Assembly: GCA_029862975.1 (NCBI GenBank)
Contig: JAOTWP010000004.1
Span: 7,392-71,391 of the forward strand
DNA from: Acidobacteriota bacterium
GTDB taxonomy: Bacteria > Acidobacteriota > Thermoanaerobaculia > Multivoradales > JAHEKO01
Direction of reading: 5' to 3'
Length of the DNA: 64,000 bases
Numbering within the stretch: the first letter of the stretch is position 1; the number at the start of each line of letters is the position of its first letter. Shown here one piece after another: positions 53,926-61,610 of the stretch. The position numbers were made by a program, and so were the translations under genes. The notes below the pieces were generated by a model. It was not told the origin of the DNA. It saw nothing but the letters and a program-made list of their open reading frames with translations, and did not search any database.

Positions 53926-54373
53926 AAAGTTGGACGGCCGGCTGTGGTGCGGAAGGTGGAAAGAGACTCCTGGTAAGAGCGGCACCTTCTGTTCCGCTCC
54001 GGGAGTCGCGACTGGCTCGGCGGTTTCGCGACGGTGGCACGGCAGCCGGCAGTAGGGTCCGGAGCACCGGGATCCTCCGCCAGCTCTTGCCGATTGGCCT
54101 ACGCGCAGACGGTCGTCGTCCTACCTGGAGTCTCTTGGCGACCCTCCGGAAAGCTGGACGGCCGGCCGTGGTGCGGAGGGTGGGAAGAGACTCCAGATAA
54201 GGACGGCACGGTCTGTTCCGCTCCGGGAGGCGCAGCGGGTCGACCGGCTTCGCGACGGCAGGGTGGTGGCAGTACGGTTCGGAGCACCGTGATCGGCCGC
54301 CAGCGCTTGCCGACGGGTCCAAGGGCAGAAGGTCGTCGTCTTACCTTCAGTCTTCTTGCGACCTTCCACGGCG
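53926..54373 (+). repeat. two tandem ~224-bp units (53926-54149, 54150-54373) filling the smc/hydroxyproline-gene intergenic leader; candidate structured RNA or MITE-like element
   Basis: Period is 224 nt. In my hand alignment roughly three quarters of positions are identical. Unit 1 has internal complementary arms: AAGAGACTCCTGGTA at 53961-53975 vs TACCTGGAGTCTCTT at 54122-54136. Confidence 0.85.
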
Positions 54374-54431
54374 CGCACCGTGCCCTTCGGCGCTGGCGGC
54401 GCTGCGGCCAGCGACGTAGGATCCGGACAGG

Positions 54432-55529
54432 ATGCCCTTGGATCTCGACGCCGCCCGCCGCTGGGAGCCGCCGGCTTCCTGGCGCCGCGTTCTCGTCGTG
54501 GACGCGCACACGGGGGGAGAGCCCTTCCGGGTGGTCGTGGAGGGCCATCCCGCCATTCCCGGCGCGACGATGCTGGCCAAGCGCAGGTGGGCCGAGGAGC
54601 ACGCCGACGCGCTGCGCCGGCTGCTCGTGCTCGAGCCGCGCGGGCACGCCGACATGTACGGCTGCTTTCTCACCGAGCCGGTGTCGCCCGGCTCGGACTT
54701 CGGGATCCTCTTCCTGCACAACGCGGGCTTTTCCACCATGTGCGGCCACGGCATCATCGCGATCTCGACGGTGGTCCTCGAAACGGGAATGCTGGCCAGG
54801 ATGCCGGCTGGGCGGACGCCGGCCGCGGGCAACGGCTTCGCGGAGCAGGCCCTCGACCTGGCCATCGACCTGGCCATCGACTCGCCGGCCGGCCCGGTGC
54901 GCGCGCGCGCCGCGCTCGAAGGCGGCCGGGTGGCGCGGGTCGCGTTCCGCAACGTCCCCTCCTTCGTCGTCGAGCTCGACGCCGCGATCGAGGTCCCCGC
55001 CTACGGCCGGGTGCGCTACGACCTCGCCTTCGGAGGAGCCTTCTACGCCGTCGTCAGCGCGCCGTCGGTCGGCCTCCAATGCACGGCGGAGCGCTTCGCG
55101 GACATCGTCGCCGCGGGCCGCGAGATCAAGCGGGCGATCGTCGCCGGCCGCGCGATCGAGCACCCGCTCGCGCCCGACCTCGGGTTCCTCTACGGCGTCG
55201 TCTTCGTCGGCCCGGCCGCGGACGCCAGCCATCACAGCCGCAACGTCTGCGTCTTCGCCGACGGCGAGGTCGACCGCTCCCCCACCGGCACGGGGGTGAG
55301 CGCGCGGCTCGCCATCCACCACGCCCGCGGCGACCTGCTGCGGGGCCAGGCCATCACCGTCGAGAGCCTCCTGGGCAGCACCTTCCGCGGCCGGGTCGTG
55401 GCCGAGACCTCGTGCGGCCCCTACCCGGCGATCGTCCCCGAGGTCGAGGGCAGCGCCACGATCTGCGGCCGCTACGAGCTCCTCCTCGACCCGGCCGACC
55501 CGTTCCCGCGCGGGTTCCTGCTGCGATGA
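54432..55529 (+). CDS. proline racemase superfamily enzyme with Cys/Thr catalytic pair: trans-3-hydroxy-L-proline dehydratase-like (LhpH-like)
   Basis: FSTMCGHGIIA (first catalytic Cys) and EVDRSPTGTGVSARLA (Thr where racemases/epimerases have Cys). Confidence 0.75.
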   Translation: MPLDLDAARRWEPPASWRRVLVVDAHTGGEPFRVVVEGHPAIPGATMLAKRRWAEEHADALRRLLVLEPRGHADMYGCFLTEPVSPGSDFGILFLHNAGFSTMCGHGIIAISTVVLETGMLARMPAGRTPAAGNGFAEQALDLAIDLAIDSPAGPVRARAALEGGRVARVAFRNVPSFVVELDAAIEVPAYGRVRYDLAFGGAFYAVVSAPSVGLQCTAERFADIVAAGREIKRAIVAGRAIEHPLAPDLGFLYGVVFVGPAADASHHSRNVCVFADGEVDRSPTGTGVSARLAIHHARGDLLRGQAITVESLLGSTFRGRVVAETSCGPYPAIVPEVEGSATICGRYELLLDPADPFPRGFLLR

Positions 55530-56701
55530 AGCTGCAGCTCTTCTCGGCCGCCGACGTCGCGGCGGCGCTGCCGATGCGCGAGTGCGTCGAGGTGACGAAG
55601 CGGGCCTTCGCCGACTTCACGAGCGGCCGGGCGCGCGTGCCGCAGAGGACGGTGATGGCGGTCGGCGGGGAGAACGTCCTGCTGGTGAAGCCGGCCTACC
55701 TGCCGGGGGGAGAGGGCGGAAAGGACTCCGGGCAAGGCGGGGACGGCGTCCTGCTCGTGAAGCCTCCCTGCCTGCCCGTAGGAGACGGTGGAAAAGAATC
55801 CAGGCAAGGCGTCGGGCGGGACGGTCCGCGCGCTGAGGGCCAGATCGGTGGCGGCACGGGCGAGGGCGATGCTGGCGAGGCCCGTGCCGGCCAGGGCGGT
55901 ACCGCCGAGGGCGGTGCCCTCGGAGCCAAGCTCGTCTCGTTCTTTCCCGGCAACGCCGCGCTGGGCCTCCCGGTCACGCCGGGCCTCGTCGTTCTCCTGT
56001 CGCCGGACACCGGCGAGCCGCTGGCGCTCGTCGACGGCACGTTCCTGACCGCCTGGCGCACGGGCGCCGCCTCCGGCGCCGCCACCGACCTCCTCGCTCC
56101 GCCCGGCGCCGCGGTCGCGGCGGTCTTCGGCGCCGGCGCCCAGGCCCGTACGCAGGTGATGGCCATCGACACCGTCCGCGCTCTCGAGGAGATCCGCATC
56201 TACTCCCGCACTCCGTCTTCCCTGGAATCCTTTGTCGACGGCCTGCAGGCAGCCACCCGCGCCACCCTGCGAGCCGCCGACTCACCGCGCGCCGCCGTCG
56301 TCGACGCCGACGTGATCTGCACCGCCACGACCTCGAAGACCCCGGTCTTCGCCGGCGCCGACCTGAAACCCGGCGCCCACGTCAACGGCGTCGGCAGCTT
56401 CACGCCGGCGATGCAGGAGGTCGACGTCGAGACCGTCCGCCGCGCCCGGATCTTCGTCGACTCCCTCGCCTCGGCCGCCGCCGAGCCCGGCGATCTGCTG
56501 AACGCGATCGCCGCCGGCGTCACCGCGCCCGCTCAATGGACCGAGCTCGGCGCCGTCGTCGCGGGCGCGGATCCCGGCCGCGGCGACCGCGAGCTGACGT
56601 TCTTCAAGTCCGTCGGCCTGGCCGTCCAGGACGTCGCGGCCGGCGCCGCCGTCCTCGAGCGCGCTGCGCTCCTCGGGCTGGGCAGGACGATCGACTTCTG
56701 A
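55526..56701 (+). CDS. ornithine cyclodeaminase / mu-crystallin family NAD(P)H reductase (candidate delta1-pyrroline-2-carboxylate reductase) with a ~75-aa Gly-rich insertion
   Basis: ATG at 55526 overlaps the upstream stop (ATGA). [26 protein letters not shown] Rossmann and [14 protein letters not shown] motifs. Confidence 0.75.
   Translation: MKLQLFSAADVAAALPMRECVEVTKRAFADFTSGRARVPQRTVMAVGGENVLLVKPAYLPGGEGGKDSGQGGDGVLLVKPPCLPVGDGGKESRQGVGRDGPRAEGQIGGGTGEGDAGEARAGQGGTAEGGALGAKLVSFFPGNAALGLPVTPGLVVLLSPDTGEPLALVDGTFLTAWRTGAASGAATDLLAPPGAAVAAVFGAGAQARTQVMAIDTVRALEEIRIYSRTPSSLESFVDGLQAATRATLRAADSPRAAVVDADVICTATTSKTPVFAGADLKPGAHVNGVGSFTPAMQEVDVETVRRARIFVDSLASAAAEPGDLLNAIAAGVTAPAQWTELGAVVAGADPGRGDRELTFFKSVGLAVQDVAAGAAVLERAALLGLGRTIDF
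55676..55819 (+). repeat. in-frame 72-bp tandem duplication inside the OCD-family gene ([24 protein letters not shown] / [24 protein letters not shown])
   Basis: gtcctgctggtgaagcc... at 55676 recurs as gtcctgctcgtgaagcc... at 55748, a period of 72 nt. Confidence 0.85.
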
Positions 56702-56762
56702 GAGGAGGTGATCGGGCCCCGAGCGGCCCGGCGATCCGTCGCCCCGTGGCCGCTGCGGGCGT

Positions 56763-58169
56763 TCAGCCCGAGCCGTCGGCGCCCGCGGCCATCGTCGCCT
56801 CGACGTCGGCGACGGTCTTGGGGATCGGCCGGCCGAGCACCCGGTGCCCGTCCGCCGTCACCAGCACGTTGTCCTCGATCCGCACCCCGCCGAAGCCGCG
56901 GTAGGCCTTGACCGCTTCCCAGTCGACGAACTCCGCGAACTTCCCCTCGGCCGACCAGCGGTCGATGAGCTCGGGGATGAAGTAGATCCCGGGCTCGACG
57001 GCCACCACCCAGTCCTTCTCGAGCGCCCGCCCGAGGCGCACGTAGCTGACGCCAAAAAGCGGGCTGCGCCGCACCGTATCGTCGTAGCCGACGAGGTCTT
57101 CGCCCAGCGCCTCCATGTCGTGCACGTCGAGCCCCACCATGTGCCCGGTGCCGCACTGGAGGAACGCGGCGTGGGCTCCCAGCTCGACGGCCTCGTGAAC
57201 GTCGCCGCGGACCAGCCCGAGCTCCTTCAAGCCCGCCATCTGGGTGCGCGCCGCCGTCTTGTAGACCTCGAGGAAGGGCATTCCCGGCTCGACCGCGGCC
57301 GTGGCGTCGGCCAGCGCCGCGAGCACGATCTCGTAGATCTCCCGCTGCCGTGCGTCGAACGTGCCGTTGACCGGGAAGGTGCGCGTGATGTCGCTCGCGT
57401 AGCCCAGGGGCGACGTGGCGCCGGAGTCGTGCACCACCAGCTGCCCGGCCTCCATCTTGTTCCCGTGCGCGTGATTGTGCAGCACCTCCCCGCGCACCGA
57501 AAAGATGATCGGGAACGACACCGGCGAGCCGTGCCGCGCGTGGCACGCCTCGACCTTGCGCACCACCTCCCACTCGTAGAGTCCCGGCCGCGTGGCCCCC
57601 ATGGCGGCCGTGTGGGTGTGGAACGAGACCTCCACCGCCTTCTCGATCTCCGCCACCTCCTGCGGCTCCTTGGCCGCGCGTTGCGCGATGATCGCGCGCA
57701 CCAGCGGCTCCGAGACCTGCTCCGCCAGGGCGGCCGGTCCCACGCCGAGAACGGCCGCCAGCTTCAACGCCGTGTCGCCACGGTACGCCGGCAGCACGTG
57801 CACCAGCCGGCCCGCGTCGAGGGCGGCGTGCACGTCCGCGGCCAGCCGCTCGATGCCGCGGCACTGCGCCACCCCCACCCGCGCCCCGCGCTCCGCGAGC
57901 GCCGGGAGCGGCCCCGTCCACACGACGTCGTCGAGCGTCGGCTCGTGGCCGTAGAGGACCTCCTCGCCGCCGTCGAAGTCGATCGTCGCCGCCAGGTTCG
58001 CCTCGTCGAGGCCCCAGTAGTACAGGAACGTCGAGTCCTGCCGGAACGGATAGTGGTTGTCGCGATAGTTGAGGGGCGCCTCGTCATTGCCGAGAAACAC
58101 CGCCAACCCCGAGTCCATCCCCGCCGCCAGCCGCCGCCGCCGGCCCGTGTACGTGTCGACGCTGAACAT
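56763..58169 (-). CDS. pepP: Xaa-Pro aminopeptidase (M24B)
   Basis: Metal ligand contexts VHDSGATSPLGYASDITRTFP, GHMVGLDVHD, VEPGIY and VRIEDNVLV. Confidence 0.85.
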   Translation of the reverse strand: MFSVDTYTGRRRRLAAGMDSGLAVFLGNDEAPLNYRDNHYPFRQDSTFLYYWGLDEANLAATIDFDGGEEVLYGHEPTLDDVVWTGPLPALAERGARVGVAQCRGIERLAADVHAALDAGRLVHVLPAYRGDTALKLAAVLGVGPAALAEQVSEPLVRAIIAQRAAKEPQEVAEIEKAVEVSFHTHTAAMGATRPGLYEWEVVRKVEACHARHGSPVSFPIIFSVRGEVLHNHAHGNKMEAGQLVVHDSGATSPLGYASDITRTFPVNGTFDARQREIYEIVLAALADATAAVEPGMPFLEVYKTAARTQMAGLKELGLVRGDVHEAVELGAHAAFLQCGTGHMVGLDVHDMEALGEDLVGYDDTVRRSPLFGVSYVRLGRALEKDWVVAVEPGIYFIPELIDRWSAEGKFAEFVDWEAVKAYRGFGGVRIEDNVLVTADGHRVLGRPIPKTVADVEATMAAGADGSG

Positions 58170-58361
58170 CCGACAATCCTAACCCGTCCGGCACCCGGCG
58201 CGGCTCCCACCACCCCACCCGCCGCGGATGTTCGAGCCGGGGCGCCGCGAGAGCCCGCCGGCCTCCCGCCCGGTAGCGGCCTGGAAACCACCGCAGGGCC
58301 GCTCGCGACGGCGCCCGCCCTCCTGTAGACTTGAGGATCTGACCATGAAAGACCAGGGCAG

Positions 58362-61300
58362 ATGACCGCTTTCTCGAGGAGTCGGCGACGGTTGCCGATT
58401 CTCGTGACGGCTCTCGCGCTCGCCGGTCTCGCGGCACCGGCGCCGGCGGGACAGCCGCAGTACAGGTTCCTGCGGCCTTTCGCCGAAGAGCCCTCCGTGG
58501 TGTCGGTGCGCCATCTGCTGCAGGACTCCCACGGTTTCGTCTGGTTCGTTCAGCAGCGAACCCTCTATCGCTACGATGGCATCAGCGTCGTGCTCCTGGA
58601 GACGCTGGCCGACAACCACTTCACGGCGATGGCGAGCGACGCCGCGGGCAACATCTGGCTCGGCACCCAGAACGGCCTGATGGTCTGGGAGCGGCGATCC
58701 CAAGTGCTCGCTCCATGGCGCGACCCCGAAGACGGCACCGAGCTGCCGGGGCGCACGACGGGCCTCACGGTCGCTCCGGCGGGCCAGGTGTGGGCCGCCA
58801 ACTCCCTGGGCCAGATCGTCCGGATCGATGCGGCCACCCGGAAAGCCAGGAGCTTCCGGGCCGGCGAGATCGAGCCGACCGCCACGACCCAGCCGGCCAT
58901 CACGAGACTGCTCGCCACCGCAGCCGGCTACGTGTGGCTGGGCACCGCCGAGGGCGATCTCCTGCGCTACCGCCCCGCCGACGACCGGTTCGAGAAGGTC
59001 CCCCTGTCCGGGCGCCGCGACGAGGTCACCGCTCTCGCCACGGGACGCGACGGCCGGCTGTGGGTCGGCACCCGAAGCGGGGAGATCAGCCACGTCGAGG
59101 AGGGCGCCCCTCGCGAGCTGCGGACCGTCGGAGTGGCCTCCGGCCTGCGGCCGGAGCCGACCGCCGTCACCGCGCTGGCGGAGGATCCCCAGGGGCACCT
59201 CTGGATCGGCACCGAGAGCGGCCTCAAGATGCTCGCGCAGGGCGCGACCGCGGTCGAGGCGGTGCAGACGAATCTCGAGGGTCCGCTCGACCCCACCACC
59301 ACCGTCGTCCAAGCCCTCTCCGTCGATCGCAGCGGCGTCATCTGGGTCGCCGACAGCGACTCCGGCGTGTCGACGACGAGCACCCGCGCGAGCGCCTTCG
59401 AGCACTGGCTCGCCGGCACCGACGAGGGCCGTAACCTCGTGACCTCGATCACGGCGAGCAAGGACGGCTCACTGTGGGTCGGGACCTACAAGGGAGGGCT
59501 GACGGAGCGCCTGCCGAGCGGGAGGATCGTGCACCACGGACTCGCGCGAAGCAGAGAGGTCGAGGACTCCACGGCGATGTCATTGCTCGTCGACCGCCGC
59601 GACCGGGTCTGGATCGGGACGCTGCGCGGCGGCCTGAGCCGCTTCGACCGGGCCACGGGGCGATCCAAGGACTACTCGGAGAATCCGGACGACCCGACGG
59701 CGCTCAACAACAACACCGTCCTGTCGCTCTTCGAGCGACCCGACGGAACGCTGTGGGTCGGCACCTTCGACGGCGGGCTCAACCTGATGGATCCCGACCG
59801 CGAGTCCTTCCAGGCGCTCGAGCACGATCCGGCCGACCCGAACAGCCTGAGCGAGAATCACGTCCGCTCGGTGCTGGAGGACTCGCACGGCCGGCTGTGG
59901 GTCGGCACGAGAACGACGGGGGTGAATCTCCGGCTGCCGGGGCGTAGCGCGTTCCGGCACTACCGTCACGATCCCGACGACCATCGGTCGCTCGCCGACG
60001 ACACTGTCGTCGCCATTACCGAGGACCGCGCGGGGCGGATCTGGCTCGGCACCTACGGCGGGCTCGACCGGGCGGTCATCGAGGACGGCAACGTCTCCTT
60101 CGAGCACTACGGCGAGCCCCAGGGGCTGGCGGGACGCAAGGTCTTCTCGATCCTCGAGGACGACACGGGGTATCTGTGGCTGAGCACCGGCCAGGGCATC
60201 TCGCGCTTCGACGTCGCCAACGGCACCTTCACCAATCTCACCCGCAGCCACGGGCTGCCTCCCGGCGGCTACACCTACAACGCCTACGCCAGGAGCGCCG
60301 ACGGCACCCTCCACTACGGCAGCAACTACGGAGTCACCTCGTTCCATCCCGACGAGATCTCGTTCGAGCCGTACGCCCCCCAGATCGTCCTCACCGACGT
60401 TCTCAAGCTCAATCGCAGCGTCGGCCTGCCCTTCGACCACGACCAGGAGGTCACCTTCTCGCATCGCGACTCGCTCGTCTCCTTCGAGTTCTCGCTGCTC
60501 GATTTCATCAGTCCCGACGGGAATCGCTACGAGCACTTCCTCGAGGGCTTCGACGAGGGGTGGATCGATCTCGGCAGCCATCATCGGGTCAACTACTCCA
60601 ACCTGCCGCCCGGCAGGTACGTCTTCAGGGCCCGCGGCGCGAACCGGGAGGGCGTCTGGTCCGCCGCCGACGCGACCCTGGCCATCAGGGTCCTGCCGCC
60701 GCCCTGGGCGACCTGGTGGGCCTACGGCCTCTACACGGCGGTAGCCTGCGGCCTGGCGGTCGCGTACAGCCGCCAGCAGGCCCGCAAGCAGCGCCGCGAG
60801 GCGCTCTACACCCAACGCCTCGAGCGCGAGGTGCATCGGCGCACCGGAGAGCTGGCGTCCCAGAACGAGAAGCTGCGCTACGCCAACGAGCTGCTCGAGG
60901 TGGCGAGCGTGACCGACTCCCTGACCGGCGTGCGCAACCGCCGCTTCCTGCTCACGACGATCGATCAGGACATCGCCCTCGTCGACCGCTCGTTCGCGAG
61001 CGAAGCGGACGAGTCGCGGCAGGACTCGGCCTTCGTGTTCATCCTCTTCGATCTCGACGGCTTCAAGGAGATCAACGACCAGTACGGACACTCGGCCGGG
61101 GACCTCGTGCTCTTCCAGATCCGCGATCTCCTCAACCAGGCGTGCAGGAGCTCCGACACCCTGATCCGCTGGGGAGGGGACGAGTTCCTGATCGTCGCCC
61201 GGGAGGCCACCCGCGCCCACGTCGAGGCGCTCGCGGAGCGTATCCGCCAGTCCGTAGCCGACCACCTCTTCGACATCGGCACCTCGCAACCGGTGCAGCT

Positions 61301-61610
61301 GACCTGCTCTCTCGGCTTCGCCTGCTATCCGTTCGTGGCCGCCAACCCCCGTCTCTACGCCTGGGAAGAGGTCGTCGACATCGCCGACCGCGCCCTCTAC
61401 GTCGCCAAACGGCATGGCCCCAACATGTGGGCGGGCATCTTCGGAACGGAGCACACCGAGGAGACCCCGGTCGAGGATCTGCTCGTCATGATCAACGAGC
61501 GCCCCGAGCTGCTCGGCGCCGAGGGCAGCATCCGGCTCGTCACCTCCCGACCGACCCCCGCCCAGACCGACCTGCGTAGCCGCGGCGCCAAGAGGCAGCG
61601 CGTCTCGTGA
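58362..61610 (+). CDS. sensor diguanylate cyclase: signal peptide, beta-propeller (Reg_prop) repeats, Y_Y_Y domain, TM, GGDEF with I-site
   Basis: Repeated ...G.LW(V/I)GT..GL... units, GRYVFRARGANREGVWS, TM WWAYGLYTAVACGLAVAY, and RSSDTLIRWGGDEF (RxxD 5 aa before GGDEF). Confidence 0.85.
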   Translation: MTAFSRSRRRLPILVTALALAGLAAPAPAGQPQYRFLRPFAEEPSVVSVRHLLQDSHGFVWFVQQRTLYRYDGISVVLLETLADNHFTAMASDAAGNIWLGTQNGLMVWERRSQVLAPWRDPEDGTELPGRTTGLTVAPAGQVWAANSLGQIVRIDAATRKARSFRAGEIEPTATTQPAITRLLATAAGYVWLGTAEGDLLRYRPADDRFEKVPLSGRRDEVTALATGRDGRLWVGTRSGEISHVEEGAPRELRTVGVASGLRPEPTAVTALAEDPQGHLWIGTESGLKMLAQGATAVEAVQTNLEGPLDPTTTVVQALSVDRSGVIWVADSDSGVSTTSTRASAFEHWLAGTDEGRNLVTSITASKDGSLWVGTYKGGLTERLPSGRIVHHGLARSREVEDSTAMSLLVDRRDRVWIGTLRGGLSRFDRATGRSKDYSENPDDPTALNNNTVLSLFERPDGTLWVGTFDGGLNLMDPDRESFQALEHDPADPNSLSENHVRSVLEDSHGRLWVGTRTTGVNLRLPGRSAFRHYRHDPDDHRSLADDTVVAITEDRAGRIWLGTYGGLDRAVIEDGNVSFEHYGEPQGLAGRKVFSILEDDTGYLWLSTGQGISRFDVANGTFTNLTRSHGLPPGGYTYNAYARSADGTLHYGSNYGVTSFHPDEISFEPYAPQIVLTDVLKLNRSVGLPFDHDQEVTFSHRDSLVSFEFSLLDFISPDGNRYEHFLEGFDEGWIDLGSHHRVNYSNLPPGRYVFRARGANREGVWSAADATLAIRVLPPPWATWWAYGLYTAVACGLAVAYSRQQARKQRREALYTQRLEREVHRRTGELASQNEKLRYANELLEVASVTDSLTGVRNRRFLLTTIDQDIALVDRSFASEADESRQDSAFVFILFDLDGFKEINDQYGHSAGDLVLFQIRDLLNQACRSSDTLIRWGGDEFLIVAREATRAHVEALAERIRQSVADHLFDIGTSQPVQLTCSLGFACYPFVAANPRLYAWEEVVDIADRALYVAKRHGPNMWAGIFGTEHTEETPVEDLLVMINERPELLGAEGSIRLVTSRPTPAQTDLRSRGAKRQRVS

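Noticed and set aside
53930-54052. Small Cys-containing peptides encoded by the tandem units (LDGRLWCGRWKETPGKSGTFCSAPG... and LDGRPWCGGWEETPDKDGTVCSAPG...), possibly RiPP-like precursors.
   Set aside because: There is no ATG or good RBS. Only about a third of changed codons are synonymous. Nucleotide conservation continues well past the stop in unit 1. The unit-2 frame has no stop until 55299 and runs through the next gene. The 224-nt period breaks the frame.
53926-54373. Tandem 224-nt units as a fragment or duplicate of RNase P RNA. The segments GGTAAGAGCGGCACC and GGTGGCACGG...CCGGAGCA resemble the GGUAAGAGCGCACC and GUGGCACGG...CCGGAGCA segments of bacterial RNase P.
   Set aside because: The universal cores (GAGGAAAGUCCGGGC, ACAGAA..CCGGCUUA) are absent. 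The element is internally duplicated, and the overall order of helices does not fit type A RNase P.
53926-54373. CRISPR array (also considered for 44401-44447 and 1305-1394).
   Set aside because: There is no repeat-spacer alternation. Units abut directly, there are only two large copies (or short microsatellites / in-CDS codon repeats), and no cas genes are present.
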